A stretch of 63,862 bases of DNA, the filler included, from Candidatus Hydrogenedentota bacterium (lineage in GTDB: Bacteria; JBFMHD01), in the NCBI GenBank assembly GCA_040752395.1. It is 5 parts of 5 records of this genome, joined end to end, with 100 filler letters (N's around TTAATTAATTAA, not from the genome) between each part and the next. Parts side by side here need not be neighbours in the genome. Positions count along the whole stretch, not along the records: positions 12,964 to 25,789 come from JBFMHD010000065.1; positions 25,890 to 38,569 come from JBFMHD010000066.1; 3 more parts are not named here. The stretch is one strand, 5' to 3'. The notes under the pieces were generated by a model. That model was not told the DNA's origin. It worked only from the letters and a program-made list of their open reading frames with translations, and searched no databases. Numbering within the stretch: the stretch's first letter is position 1; every line of letters begins with the position of its first letter. The translations under genes were made by a program, and so were the position numbers. Positions 19,175 through 30,357 of this stretch are shown here, piece after piece.

Positions 19175-20032
19175 TTATAATGTATAATCCGGTCCGTTAA
19201 AATCAGTGAATTCGCGGTCTTTGTATGCATCGCATTTTGAACATAATAAAATTTTATCACGTCTTCCTTTTGCAAGGTATTTACGATACGTCTGGTTAGG
19301 TTCACCGTTCCATATCTCGCTTACACTCTGTTTTTTTACATCCCCTATAACAGCCCGAGCATCTGTATCCCAGCAGCATAATACAGCCTCACCTGATGTT
19401 ATAAAAAACATCTCTTCAAGTATTTTTACACAGGGTTTCAGCACGCATTCATTAACATTATGCCAGGGCCAGGTATAGAGCGGGACTATCTTTATATCAT
19501 CAAAATACTTAGACCAGAACCTTTTGAACTCTGCCTGCTCGTGTTTGTTTATATCCATATCAATCATACGAATGATCAATTTCATTGAGCTTTTGCTTTT
19601 TTTAACGAGTTCTGAAAATTTTATGAGTCGTTCTTCGATAAGTTTATAATTTAATCCGGGTCTTGCTATATCGATTGTTTCCTGGCTTATACCATCCACG
19701 CTGAAACGTATTAAATCCAGTTTAGCCTCTATAAGTTTTTTACCCCATTCCTCTGTCAACAGTTCACCATTTGAGTTAAGTTCCGTGAGAGCTGTATTAT
19801 CTTCTTTAATATATTTTATAAATTCAGGTAATCGTTTATCAGTTAAAGGTTCGTTTTGCAGAAAGGGTCTATAGCAGATTCCTTTTCCACGTGTCTCGTC
19901 TACAATTTTTTTGAAAACCTTTTCATCCATTATTTTAGGTTCACGATTGATATGTTCAGTTGGGCAGAATGGACACCGAGCATTACAGAAGATGTTTGTT
20001 TCTATCTGAATAAACCGGGGTAGAGTTTTCAT
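19175..20032 (-). CDS. Radical SAM/SPASM protein
   Basis: CNARCPFC; C-terminal C...CC.D...IG...EIWNG...CxxC. Confidence 0.88.
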   Translation of the reverse strand: MKTLPRFIQIETNIFCNARCPFCPTEHINREPKIMDEKVFKKIVDETRGKGICYRPFLQNEPLTDKRLPEFIKYIKEDNTALTELNSNGELLTEEWGKKLIEAKLDLIRFSVDGISQETIDIARPGLNYKLIEERLIKFSELVKKSKSSMKLIIRMIDMDINKHEQAEFKRFWSKYFDDIKIVPLYTWPWHNVNECVLKPCVKILEEMFFITSGEAVLCCWDTDARAVIGDVKKQSVSEIWNGEPNQTYRKYLAKGRRDKILLCSKCDAYKDREFTDFNGPDYTL

Positions 20033-21309
20033 AAAAGATTGCTGATCCTCATTATTTCTATAATTTTGTCACTCGCGCCGATACTTTTCATAATAAAATC
20101 ACGAGCAGTCAAACCAAGATGTTTTCTTTTTATACTGTCATTTATTAAATCTAAAATAATATTTTTGAATTCTTTACTTGATTTTATCGAGAAACCTACA
20201 CCCAGATCCACAAGTTTACAGGCTTCTGGTGAATTGTAATATACTGGCCCAAATACAACAGGCTGACCACAAATTCCTGGTTCCATAGTATTGTGTACAC
20301 CAGTTGAAAAACTACCACCAACGTATGCTATGTCAGTTAACAGGTAGAGATTTGCAAGTATGCCGACAGCATCAACGATGACAACCGAGATGTCTTTTGT
20401 TATACATTTCTCATTTCCTAAGTTAGTCCATTTAGTATATTTTAGACCTTTGTCCTTAATCTGGGTTTCTATTGTATTTATGAATTTTTTATCTATTTCG
20501 TGTGGGACCACAATCAAAATGACGTTATTTTTTGAGACTATATCAAGTGAAGGAGCCAATACAACCTTTATATCCTCAGGCCAGACACTGCCAAGTATCA
20601 CTTTTACATCACCTGATTCAAAACGAAGAGAAGAGGAACCCTTAATTGAGTCAAGGTATCGTTTATGAACGCTATCAAAACGAGTATCACCTATAGTTAA
20701 TAGCTTTGTGTTTTTATCTAATAGCGGTTTGAATCTTTCTGTATCATATTCTGATACTGTAAAAACATAATCAAGATGTCGATGAACATATTGATAAAAG
20801 TTTTTTATTATTGGTAATAGTCTACAAGATTCAGGTTGTAAGGTAGCGTCAACAAGGAGAGTTTTGGCACCATATTTTTTAGCCGTGATAAGATGATTTG
20901 GCCATAAATCAAATTTTACAGTGATAAAAATATCTGGTTTTACGATATTGACAAATCTTTTTGCATTAAAAATCGTATCAAATGGCAGATACGTTATCAC
21001 ATCTACAAACCGATATTTTAAAGCATTTTTATAAATTGAAGAAGAGAATACGGAGAGGATTATATACGTATCATAGCGTGATTTTAGTATCTCGATAAGT
21101 GGTTTAGCCTGTTCAAACTCACCAACACTTGTTGAGTGGAACCAGATGCGTTTCTTATTTTCAGGGTATTGAATCTTATTTGATAGATTCAGAAAAAGAT
21201 TTTTTCGCTCAGAGATAAATAGCTTTATCTTTTCATTTCTATATTGTAATAATTTTAGTACCGGTATCGAAGATGAAACGATTATATTATAGAAGGTATG
21301 AAGAATCAT
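20029..21309 (-). CDS. waaA: Kdo transferase
   Basis: WFHSTSVGE, YLPFD, GDTRFD, AYVGGSF...HN.MEP. Confidence 0.9.
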   Translation of the reverse strand: MILHTFYNIIVSSSIPVLKLLQYRNEKIKLFISERKNLFLNLSNKIQYPENKKRIWFHSTSVGEFEQAKPLIEILKSRYDTYIILSVFSSSIYKNALKYRFVDVITYLPFDTIFNAKRFVNIVKPDIFITVKFDLWPNHLITAKKYGAKTLLVDATLQPESCRLLPIIKNFYQYVHRHLDYVFTVSEYDTERFKPLLDKNTKLLTIGDTRFDSVHKRYLDSIKGSSSLRFESGDVKVILGSVWPEDIKVVLAPSLDIVSKNNVILIVVPHEIDKKFINTIETQIKDKGLKYTKWTNLGNEKCITKDISVVIVDAVGILANLYLLTDIAYVGGSFSTGVHNTMEPGICGQPVVFGPVYYNSPEACKLVDLGVGFSIKSSKEFKNIILDLINDSIKRKHLGLTARDFIMKSIGASDKIIEIMRISNLL

Positions 21310-21312
21310 AAA

Positions 21313-22314
21313 TCATAATCCCTGAAGAACAGCATTAAACACCTCATCAACACTTATTGATTCGAGACACTCGTATGTACCGAATAAACAGGGAGCGCTC
21401 CCGTTTCTTGAGCAGGGTCGGCAGTGTAAATCTTTTTCAATAACCTGTACACCTTTATAGATAGGTATATAACCAAAATTTTTAACAGTTGCACCGAGGA
21501 TTATTATCTGGGGTTTATTAAAAGCGCGCGCTAAATGAATTATACCCGTGTCACCGCTTATTAACAGACCAGTCTCTTTTATAAGATATGAGAGTTCATT
21601 GATTGATAATATCCCGCAAAGCGGGATTGTATTTTTACAATTTTTATGTATCGCTTTAATTATCGGTTCATCAACCTGTGAACAGGTAAGATAGATTACT
21701 CTATCAGGATAGGTTATTTCTATCAAATTTATTAACTGCATATATTTAACGTAGCTCCATTCCTTTGCTCTCCATTTAGATTTAGGATGTATGATGATAC
21801 CTTTTTTAGAAGGAGTATGTTTTAATAATTTTATTACTCTTTCTTTTGATCCATCTTTGATTGATATAAACGGCTCTTCGATGGGTTCTTTATTTCCTGT
21901 TATCTTTGATAAAACTTCGAAGTAGAGATTAATAAGTGGTGTTACACTCACCTGTTTTTTAAGAAATATAAGAGTCAATTTCTTTAGAGACTCTTTTTTT
22001 ATCACAAATTGTTTATCAGTTCTTAGTTTGAAACGAATCCATTTGCTTCGAATATTGTTATGAATATCTATAAGGAGATCATATTTTTCGTTTTTAAGTT
22101 GTGCTATTAGATTGGAGAACTCAAAAAACGAAGTGTGAAAAGGTAACGGGATAATTTTGTCAATATATCTATGATTTTCAAATATATCAGTATAGATATC
22201 TTTTGTAAGAAGATGTACCTCATCTTTTATAAAGCATTGTTTAAGTCTTTTTAAAAACCCGGTTGCTAATACAAGATCACCAAACGACGAAAATCGTATA
22301 ACGAGTATTTTCAT
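21313..22314 (-). CDS. GT9 ADP-heptose:LPS heptosyltransferase
   Basis: IRFSSFGDLV, K.W, GDTGIIHLA, CRPC. Confidence 0.88.
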   Translation of the reverse strand: MKILVIRFSSFGDLVLATGFLKRLKQCFIKDEVHLLTKDIYTDIFENHRYIDKIIPLPFHTSFFEFSNLIAQLKNEKYDLLIDIHNNIRSKWIRFKLRTDKQFVIKKESLKKLTLIFLKKQVSVTPLINLYFEVLSKITGNKEPIEEPFISIKDGSKERVIKLLKHTPSKKGIIIHPKSKWRAKEWSYVKYMQLINLIEITYPDRVIYLTCSQVDEPIIKAIHKNCKNTIPLCGILSINELSYLIKETGLLISGDTGIIHLARAFNKPQIIILGATVKNFGYIPIYKGVQVIEKDLHCRPCSRNGSAPCLFGTYECLESISVDEVFNAVLQGL

Positions 22315-24974
22315 AGATGTGCCTCTCTCCAGCTCTTGCCGCAGCCGATATCAACCTTCAATGGTATATCGAGTTTCATAACGTTTTCCATCTCGGTTCT
22401 AATAATTTTTATAGTTTTATCTTTTTCCAGGACAGGTGTTTCGAATAGTAATTCATCGTGTACTTGCAGTATCATCTTTGTCTTAAGTTTTAATGATGTA
22501 AGTTTTTTCTGGATATTTATCATAGCCATTTTAATTATATCAGCAGCAGAGCCCTGTATCGGCATATTTATCGCTGCTCGCTCCCCAAAAGAGCGAACGC
22601 TAAAATTCCTGCTTGATAGTTCAGGTAAATAACGTTTCCTCCCTGTTATGGTTTCAGCATACCCTTTTTCCTTTGCCTGCTTGATTAACTCATCAATAAA
22701 TTCTTTTACGCCTTTTATATTCTCGAAATATTTTACAATGAATCTCTGTGCTTCTTTTTGAGAGATACTGAGGTCTTTTGCAAGCGAAAATGCACTCATA
22801 CCATAAAGAAGACCAAAATTAACAGTTTTAGCAACTCGTCTCATATTATCATTAATCTTATCGATCGACGTATCAAAAAGGATAGAAGCGGTCTCGCTAT
22901 GGATATCTCTGTCGTCAAGGAATGCTTTTATGAGCGGCTTGGATTTAGATAGATGAGCAAAGATACGCAGTTCTATCTGGGAATAATCCGCTGAGATAAA
23001 GAGATGGTCTTTCTCTGATATAAAAGATTCACGTATCCTTTCACTTTCTTCGGTACGTACAGGAATATTTTGTAGATTCGGGTCTGAACTTGAGAGACGA
23101 CCTGTTATAGTTCCTGTCTGATGAAAAATAGTGTGGATCCTGTTTGTTGATTTATTGATAAGTAGCGGCAGAGCGTCTATGTAGGTAGATTTTAGTTTGG
23201 ATAATAATCTGTATTTTAATAATAGACGGGCGATCTCGAAATCTCTTGAGAGAATCTGGAGAACATCTGAATCTGTGGAGTATCCTGTCTTTGTTTTTTT
23301 AACAGGTGGCAATTTAAGTTTTTCAAAAAGGATAATTGCAAGCTGTTTTGAAGAATTGATATTGAATTGTTCATTGCTAAGCCTGTATATATCTTTTGTA
23401 AGAGATGATAACTCTTTTGATAGTTCTAAAGATAGATCTTTAAGTTTAAAAATGTCTATCTTTACACCGTAATATTCCATAAAAGCGAGACAATAACAAA
23501 GCGGAAGCTCAATCTCATAATATAGTTTAGTAAGTCTTTCTGTTTTTAACTTCGAAACAAGGAGTGGCTGGAGCTCTATAATTGTATTTACATAGCAAGC
23601 AAGAACTGACGGGAAATCTTTATTATCAGGTGATGGGATATCTGGCATATCAAGAACACCAAGATATTCACCCTTGAGCCGGTTCAGCGGATATGTGCCT
23701 TCACCAGGCCGAAGTAAATAACTCTGAAGCAATATGTCATCTTTTATAACAGGAAGTTCAATATTATGTTTGATGAATAGACCAATCACCAATTTTGCAT
23801 TATAAGAAATAATGGATTTTTTAGAATTTATTATGGTACTCAAAAATTCTATGATACTCGCTTCTTTTAGATCTTCAAACAAGGAACCAGTTGCAGGAGC
23901 GTGGATTATATAAATTTTTTTGTCATCACCAGCTATACCGATGCCTGTTATTGATGAGTATATAAAATGCGGGTCAGAACCTGTTATATAGAGATAGTAT
24001 TGGTTTGATTGCGATAGGGTCTGTGCAAGCTTATTTAAATCAGTCTCATTATTTATAAGAACAAATTTTATTTCTTTTTTAACTGGAGAGGATGGTAGCC
24101 CAAGTTCAGTGATAATACTTTTAAAGCCAAGTGTTTGCAGCAAGTATACAAGTTTAGTTTTATCAGCTTCTTTTTTAAATGAGATTTGTTTAAAATCTAA
24201 AGGGACATCAAATTGAAGAGAGACGAGCTCCCTTGATTTAAAAGCACTTTCTTTATGTAGTTTTAGAATGTTTTTTAATCTCTCAGGTTCTATTGAATCA
24301 ATCTGTTCATATATATCTTCGAGGTCTTTATATTTTGTTAATAGCTTTTCAGCTGTTTTGATACCTATACCAGGAACACCAGGGATATTATCACTTGGGT
24401 CTCCAGAAAGACCGAGTAAATCAACAATCTTAGAAGGAGGCACACCAAATTCTAAAGATGCGCCATCACTATCAAGGTATCTATGAAACTTATCATCTTT
24501 TTTCTTCACTGCAACAAGAACATTTGGAGCAATAAGTTGAGAGATATCTTTATCATTTGAGAATATTATAACAGGATACAGAAATGAAAAATGTTTACTC
24601 AAAGTAGCGATAACATCATCTGCTTCATAACCGGGTTTAGTAACAACAGGGACCCCCATAGCTTCAAGAAGTTCAACGAGTATCGGTATCTGCAGACTGA
24701 GGTTTTCCGGGGTTGGTTGTCTTTGGGCTTTGTAATCAGCGTAAGATAAAGAACGGAACGTTGGCTCTTTAGAATCAAGTACCCATATCAGATTTTTGAT
24801 TTTTTCTTCGTTTATTATTGAGAGCAAATAGCGGATACAACCGTAAACAGCATTTGTTGGCGTACCATTAGGCGCTGTCATTTCAGGGATAGCATAGAAC
24901 GAACGATATAAAATAGAATGACCATCGATAATCCCAACCGCTTTAACTTTATCTACATTTTTAATTTGACTCAT
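22311..24974 (-). CDS. polA: DNA polymerase I
   Basis: 5'-3' exonuclease (GYEADDVI, GDPSDNIPGVPGIG); polymerase motifs DYSQIELR, AKTVNFG, QVHDEL. Confidence 0.97.
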   Translation of the reverse strand: MSQIKNVDKVKAVGIIDGHSILYRSFYAIPEMTAPNGTPTNAVYGCIRYLLSIINEEKIKNLIWVLDSKEPTFRSLSYADYKAQRQPTPENLSLQIPILVELLEAMGVPVVTKPGYEADDVIATLSKHFSFLYPVIIFSNDKDISQLIAPNVLVAVKKKDDKFHRYLDSDGASLEFGVPPSKIVDLLGLSGDPSDNIPGVPGIGIKTAEKLLTKYKDLEDIYEQIDSIEPERLKNILKLHKESAFKSRELVSLQFDVPLDFKQISFKKEADKTKLVYLLQTLGFKSIITELGLPSSPVKKEIKFVLINNETDLNKLAQTLSQSNQYYLYITGSDPHFIYSSITGIGIAGDDKKIYIIHAPATGSLFEDLKEASIIEFLSTIINSKKSIISYNAKLVIGLFIKHNIELPVIKDDILLQSYLLRPGEGTYPLNRLKGEYLGVLDMPDIPSPDNKDFPSVLACYVNTIIELQPLLVSKLKTERLTKLYYEIELPLCYCLAFMEYYGVKIDIFKLKDLSLELSKELSSLTKDIYRLSNEQFNINSSKQLAIILFEKLKLPPVKKTKTGYSTDSDVLQILSRDFEIARLLLKYRLLSKLKSTYIDALPLLINKSTNRIHTIFHQTGTITGRLSSSDPNLQNIPVRTEESERIRESFISEKDHLFISADYSQIELRIFAHLSKSKPLIKAFLDDRDIHSETASILFDTSIDKINDNMRRVAKTVNFGLLYGMSAFSLAKDLSISQKEAQRFIVKYFENIKGVKEFIDELIKQAKEKGYAETITGRKRYLPELSSRNFSVRSFGERAAINMPIQGSAADIIKMAMINIQKKLTSLKLKTKMILQVHDELLFETPVLEKDKTIKIIRTEMENVMKLDIPLKVDIGCGKSWREAHL

Positions 24975-25059
24975 ATCGACATTATAAGATAAAAAATACA
25001 GATGTAAATAAAAAAATTGAGTTTCTTATCACTCCCCACTTCTTCGCTACCTATAACCG

Positions 25060-25789
25060 ATGGAGTACAAAATTATGTATTGGGTTAGATATTTTGCATT
25101 GCAAAGTAGAATAATAAGACTTATTTATGAAAAGACATTATTTTCGTATCTTGGCTGGTTAGCTGATCCTGGTAAAAGAGCCGAGATGAAAAATAGAACC
25201 TTTCCACCTTTTAATATAGGGATTATAGGTGTGGGTAAACACGCTAAAGAGGTAATATTACCATCACTTACTTATATACAAAATATAAAGATAAAAAAAA
25301 TGTGTACAAGAACAGAACAAAACGCAAAAAAAATTGAAAGAGAATTCAATATAGAAACCGTAACGAATTTTAGAAAGATTATTAATGATCCAGAGATAGA
25401 CGGTGTAATTATTTCTGCGAAAAGCTCTTTGCATACCCCATTTACTTTAAGTGCTTTACTTGCAGGGAAATACGTTTTATGTGAAGCACCAGGAGTTACC
25501 TTACCAGCAGATATTTACCTCTTAAAAAAATATGAAGATAAAATACTGCAATGCGCAATGTATGGTTTTCATTTTTTTTATTGCCCGATTTATGTGAAAT
25601 TAAAAGAAATTTTACAAAATATCCATCATAAGAAAGAAATATATATTAAATTTCCTGCAAAATATCATCTCTATTCTCTTGCTTTATTTCTCAATGGCAG
25701 AATAAAAAAAATAAGAATTTTAAACAAAGGGGGTGAATATGAAAGGGTATTTGAGGGGTGTTTCGATAATGGGGATAGGGTTATTTTTG
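25060..25789 (+). CDS. Gfo/Idh/MocA oxidoreductase (3' partial)
   Basis: IGIIGVGKHA, AGKYVLCE.P; cut by the contig end. Confidence 0.7.
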
Positions 25790-25889
25790 NNNNNNNNNNN
25801 NNNNNNNNNNNNNNNNNNNNNNNNNNNNNNNNNTTAATTAATTAANNNNNNNNNNNNNNNNNNNNNNNNNNNNNNNNNNNNNNNNNNNN
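25790..25889. other. Artificial contig linker
   Basis: N run - TTAATTAATTAA - N run. Confidence 0.99.
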
Positions 25890-26967
25890 TTCAACGAGCA
25901 CAGAGACCACGCCAGCAACGGATATGAATTTAAACGAGACGTATTACTGGCGAGTAGCTGCGGTTGATGCGATGGGCAACTGGTCGCAATATTCTGATAC
26001 TTTCGAGTTCATTATACGGAATTCTGCACCCTATGAAACAATACTCGTTCCTGTTGATGGCGAGACGTATTCACAAAACGTAGTTTGTACATACATTGTT
26101 TTCGATGCTGATAATAATAGATGTACTTTAACAATAATACAATACACGCTTAATGATACAGACTGGTATAATTGTACTATAACAAGTGGCGAGACGGCAA
26201 ACGTAACAGCAGACGCGAATGGCGAGACGCATTATTTTGTCTGGGCTTCGGCAATAGATTTACCGAATACGAGTTGTCTTGTAAAACTACGGATACGTGC
26301 CTATGATGGCATTGATACAGGTTCAGCTGATACTACATACTGGTTTAGTATCTATAATCTAATCCCACCACCACCAGCGAACGTATCTGCGATCGCTGAT
26401 TTAACATTACCTGATACCGGGGTATATATTACCTGGGATCAGGAAACCAGTTCGATAATAAAGCAGTTTAATATTTATAGAAGTACAGGATTTAGTTATA
26501 TACTTTATGATAGTGTATCATCAAGTGATACAGATTATCTTGATAGCGGAGCTGTGCAGGGTGAGACGTATTACTATAGAATAACCAAAATAGATACCTA
26601 CAATAACGAGAGTTCATTTTCAGATACAGTGAGCGCGCCATATATAACACTACAGAAATTAATAAGTGACACAATCCTGCTACCGAATGAAACAACGACA
26701 TATACAATCCAATATACAAACAATGGTTTTGCGCCTTGCACCAATGCGGTATTGATCGAGTATTTACCTCAATACATCGAGCTTGCAGATACGCCTACAG
26801 GTTCAGGCACAGTAATAGATTATTATACCCAGGAAGCAGGGCCTGGTTGGGAGTCAGTGTGGCAGGGTAAAACAGTAATCAAGGTTCGATGGACCTTTTT
26901 AAATAAATTATATCCACAGAACACGGTTCCAGGTGGAACTGTCACGTGGGTAGGTAGAGTTAAATAA
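25890..26967 (+). CDS. Large surface protein C-terminus (FN3-like and DUF11 domains), 5' partial
   Basis: YYWRVAAVD..GNWS; FN3-like YYYRIT..D...NES; DUF11-like TYTIQYTN.G. Confidence 0.7.
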
Positions 26968-27010
26968 GCAGCCGTGTAGTTTTTTACCGCACTGCAACGG
27001 AGGTGTTTTT

Positions 27011-28033
27011 ATGTTAAAAAAATGTTTAGTAGTTTTACTGGTATTATTTATACCAGCGGCGGTGTTAGCCGTAGGAACACCGGCTAATACACAAATCGTC
27101 AATGGTGATGACAATGCCACAGCTAATCAAGCAGATACCTGGGGCGACATTGTTTTTGAGTATGTAAGCGAGTACAATGATACGTTTTATGCAACATCAG
27201 ATACAGTTCAAGCCATAGTTGACACAGCTTATGACCTTGCAGTGATAGCTGATTATGACACGGAGTATAGTGGTAAAGGAGATACAAAGTATATCTCGTA
27301 CAGTATCACAAACACAGGTAATTCAACAGACAGTATCTCATTACAGGTTGAATATGTTAGCGAGGATCCGTGGTCATACAAGATATTTCTTGATGATGAC
27401 AATGACGGTGTTCACGATGCGAACGAGTTAACCGAGATATCGTCTGTATTATTAGCTGAGGATGCAGGTGAGAGTATCTTTGTAGCTGTAATAATTCCAG
27501 ACACAGCGGTTGATTTAGACAGCACAAGGATCAGGTTAATAGTGACAGATGGAGTTGGTGCTTCTGGCGACTCGTGGCCGAATCTTGCAGCAAATAGTCG
27601 TGATAGACAGACAGATACAGTGCTTGTGATGATAGCAGGTCCTGTATTATTTGTGTCAAAGACTGTGGACACGACCACGTATGGGACAGACCCGTATGAT
27701 ACTTTAATCTACACAATATATTATGACAATGATGGTTCAGGCACAGCAACGAATGTAGTGATTTACGATGTATTGCCGCGGTATACAACGTGGGTAGTCG
27801 CGTCAATCGATACATCAGGGTTACATGATACACCAACATGTTCAGCGAGCGTGGCATTTGATACAGATTTCAGTGGTCCGTTTGAGTCGGCTGAGGGTAC
27901 GAATGTACAGAGAATACGGATAACGTTATTAACCAATATATCTCCTAATGATGGAGATGTGTACGGTACTGTTCAGAATACTGCTACTGACAAAGATGCA
28001 GGCTACATAAGGTTCAGAGTCACGATTAATTAA
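27011..28033 (+). CDS. Secreted DUF11-domain protein
   Basis: Signal peptide, GTPANTQIVN, TNTGN..D, LIYTIYYDNDG...ATNVVIYD.LP. Confidence 0.75.
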   Translation: MLKKCLVVLLVLFIPAAVLAVGTPANTQIVNGDDNATANQADTWGDIVFEYVSEYNDTFYATSDTVQAIVDTAYDLAVIADYDTEYSGKGDTKYISYSITNTGNSTDSISLQVEYVSEDPWSYKIFLDDDNDGVHDANELTEISSVLLAEDAGESIFVAVIIPDTAVDLDSTRIRLIVTDGVGASGDSWPNLAANSRDRQTDTVLVMIAGPVLFVSKTVDTTTYGTDPYDTLIYTIYYDNDGSGTATNVVIYDVLPRYTTWVVASIDTSGLHDTPTCSASVAFDTDFSGPFESAEGTNVQRIRITLLTNISPNDGDVYGTVQNTATDKDAGYIRFRVTIN

Positions 28034-28150
28034 AAACGATATAAACGCCTCTGTATAGAAAGGCTTTAAGTAAGAAACGCAACACATCCTTATGTTAGTA
28101 AGGTCAAGATGGCTTTTTTACGGTACAGATTAAGTTCTGCAATCCCTGAT

Positions 28151-28166
28151 TGGTTCATGATTTGCA
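28151..28166 (+). promoter_or_regulatory. Weak sigma54-like promoter
   Basis: TGGTTC-ATGAT-TTGCA (GG-N10-GC), upstream of 28230. Confidence 0.3.
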
Positions 28167-28229
28167 GGATATGGCGTTATTTCTTAATTCTTTAATTCTT
28201 ATTTCTTATTTTTAAGAGGAGTAGGTGCT

Positions 28230-30191
28230 TTGAAGGTTATTAAACCTTATTGCATACTATTTAAAATACTTACCAAATGGCAGAATGGCTTAAGGCACTG
28301 CCTTATGGGAATCCCTCTATTACTACTATTAGTGTGCAGTAATTCGTTATATGCACTTACTCCAGAGAATACACAAATCGAGAATGCTGCTTATTTTGAT
28401 TATGAAGATGAATATACTGATACTTATCAAACAGCAACAGATACAGTGACAATGACTGTAGGTTATTTATTCGAGGCTTATTTAAGTTCAGATTCAGGGA
28501 TAAGGTATGGAGATAGGGGGGAGAGTGTATCTTTTGGTTTCTATGTTGAGAATCGTGGTAATGCTGGTGATACGTATACCTTTGTGGCACATGGTCTCTA
28601 TGGGAATGAAATATTTGCTGATACCCTGGTTGAGAATGGTTTATACGATACGGGGGAATTGGCTATTGATACAAAATATTTTGCAATCAATGAGACATTA
28701 CCCATAGTTTTTGTTATCAAGATACCTGATGGAGCTGTGAATGGTAATAGAGACACGTTGAATCTGTATATTATTTCGTTTAAAGACCCAAGCTGTTCAA
28801 AATTATATAAAGCTCAAGCTGTATGTTCATCACTTATCTCAGGGCTATGCGGGTTCGAATTATCAATAGATACACCGCTGTATCAATATGCTGACTATAC
28901 ACTTACAATAACTGCTCTGGATGGTTTATTCCAACAATATACCGCATATAGTGGTACCACAACGTTGTATGTAAATACAGAAACAATCGTTTTAGAGAAC
29001 TGGGATAGCGGTATCATAACATATAGACTGACATTTCTTGATACTGGAATATATACAATTCGGGTAGTAGATAATACAGATACGTCAGTGGGTGAAACAG
29101 TAATTATTTATGTATATGAGGATACGAGTACACCGATAGCGCCATTAGTGTGTCCGCTTAATATTAAGATACGGGGTAATGAGGTGGCATTAATCTCGAT
29201 ATTTTCAGATACGCTATTAAACGTAGATTTTGAGTACCGCTCAAGTAGTAGTATGGATACCTGGAAATTCATAAATAACGACACAGTGCCGAGGCGGTGG
29301 GGGGTATATTGGAACACAGATAGTGTACCAGAGGGCAGCTATGAGTTACGAGTGGTAGGTTCAACGGCAAGCTGCACAGATATGACCCCAGGGATATATG
29401 AGATAATAGTAAACAGGAATGATTATGATATAGATGAGTATCGGGATGTTGTGACAAATGAGCATATAAAAAGGCAGAGAATAAGACCGAACACTGATAA
29501 TGTGACATTGTTATTAGATGGGTGTCGGGTAGAGATACCAGCTGGTATAATATCAGAGACAACGTATTTCAGGGCTACGGTGCATAACAATGCGCCGTAT
29601 GGTCCACCGAACAGGAGTGAAATAACTGATCTTGGTATATATCGTAGTTTTGAGTTTGAGAACGGGTATGTAAGGTTTCCGAAGGATATAAGATTGTGGA
29701 TGGGGTTTGAGGATGCAGGGGCAGAAGAAAAAAAATACAGGATATTTACTTATGATAATACATTATCAGTTTGGGTAGAATCAGTTGGTTCGTATGTTAA
29801 TATGGATGAGGATTATGTAGAGGTGAGCTTAAATCATTTGAGTTTATTTGCAGTATTTGGGTTCATACCTGCGACGAATCTTTCGGGTTTAGAGGTTTAT
29901 CCGAATCCGTGGAAACCGAATGACGGTGACCCGAATACCGGTAAAGAATGGACAGCTGATGATCCTACAAGCGGTATAATATTTGCGAATGTGACTGATA
30001 GAGTGAGGATACAGATTTATACTATTGCCGGGAAATTAGTTGTAGACAGGACAATCTCAAATACAGGTGGAAATGTCAGGTGGGATGTTAGAAATGACCG
30101 TGGTGGTAAGGTTGCAACAGGGATGTATATCGCTGTGATAACAGGCGATAACGGAGAGAAGGTAATAAGAAAGATAATGGTGATAAGATAG
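28230..30191 (+). CDS. Secreted multidomain protein with T9SS-like C-terminal domain
   Basis: TPENTQIEN (paralogous to the N-terminus of 27011), HLSLFAV, VYPNPW...IYTIAGKLV...WD.RN..G..VATGMY. Confidence 0.75.
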   Translation: MKVIKPYCILFKILTKWQNGLRHCLMGIPLLLLLVCSNSLYALTPENTQIENAAYFDYEDEYTDTYQTATDTVTMTVGYLFEAYLSSDSGIRYGDRGESVSFGFYVENRGNAGDTYTFVAHGLYGNEIFADTLVENGLYDTGELAIDTKYFAINETLPIVFVIKIPDGAVNGNRDTLNLYIISFKDPSCSKLYKAQAVCSSLISGLCGFELSIDTPLYQYADYTLTITALDGLFQQYTAYSGTTTLYVNTETIVLENWDSGIITYRLTFLDTGIYTIRVVDNTDTSVGETVIIYVYEDTSTPIAPLVCPLNIKIRGNEVALISIFSDTLLNVDFEYRSSSSMDTWKFINNDTVPRRWGVYWNTDSVPEGSYELRVVGSTASCTDMTPGIYEIIVNRNDYDIDEYRDVVTNEHIKRQRIRPNTDNVTLLLDGCRVEIPAGIISETTYFRATVHNNAPYGPPNRSEITDLGIYRSFEFENGYVRFPKDIRLWMGFEDAGAEEKKYRIFTYDNTLSVWVESVGSYVNMDEDYVEVSLNHLSLFAVFGFIPATNLSGLEVYPNPWKPNDGDPNTGKEWTADDPTSGIIFANVTDRVRIQIYTIAGKLVVDRTISNTGGNVRWDVRNDRGGKVATGMYIAVITGDNGEKVIRKIMVIR

Positions 30192-30199
30192 GGTTAAAG

Positions 30200-30357
30200 A
30201 TGCAAGATAACAAAAGAAGCAAGAAGCAAGAAACGGAAAACATAATCAAAGATGGAAAAAAGATTATGAGAAAAAAAGATTCAAAGATTGAAAGATTCAA
30301 AGATTCAAAGATTATTTCTGCATTCTGCATTCTTCTGATGCTTCTTGCTTCTACTTC
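30200..30357 (+). repeat. Repeat element inside the 5' coding region (AAGCAAG, AAAGATTS/A x5, CTTCTTG)
   Basis: Same modules as the intergenic copies at 39810-39874 and 40530-40550. Confidence 0.75.
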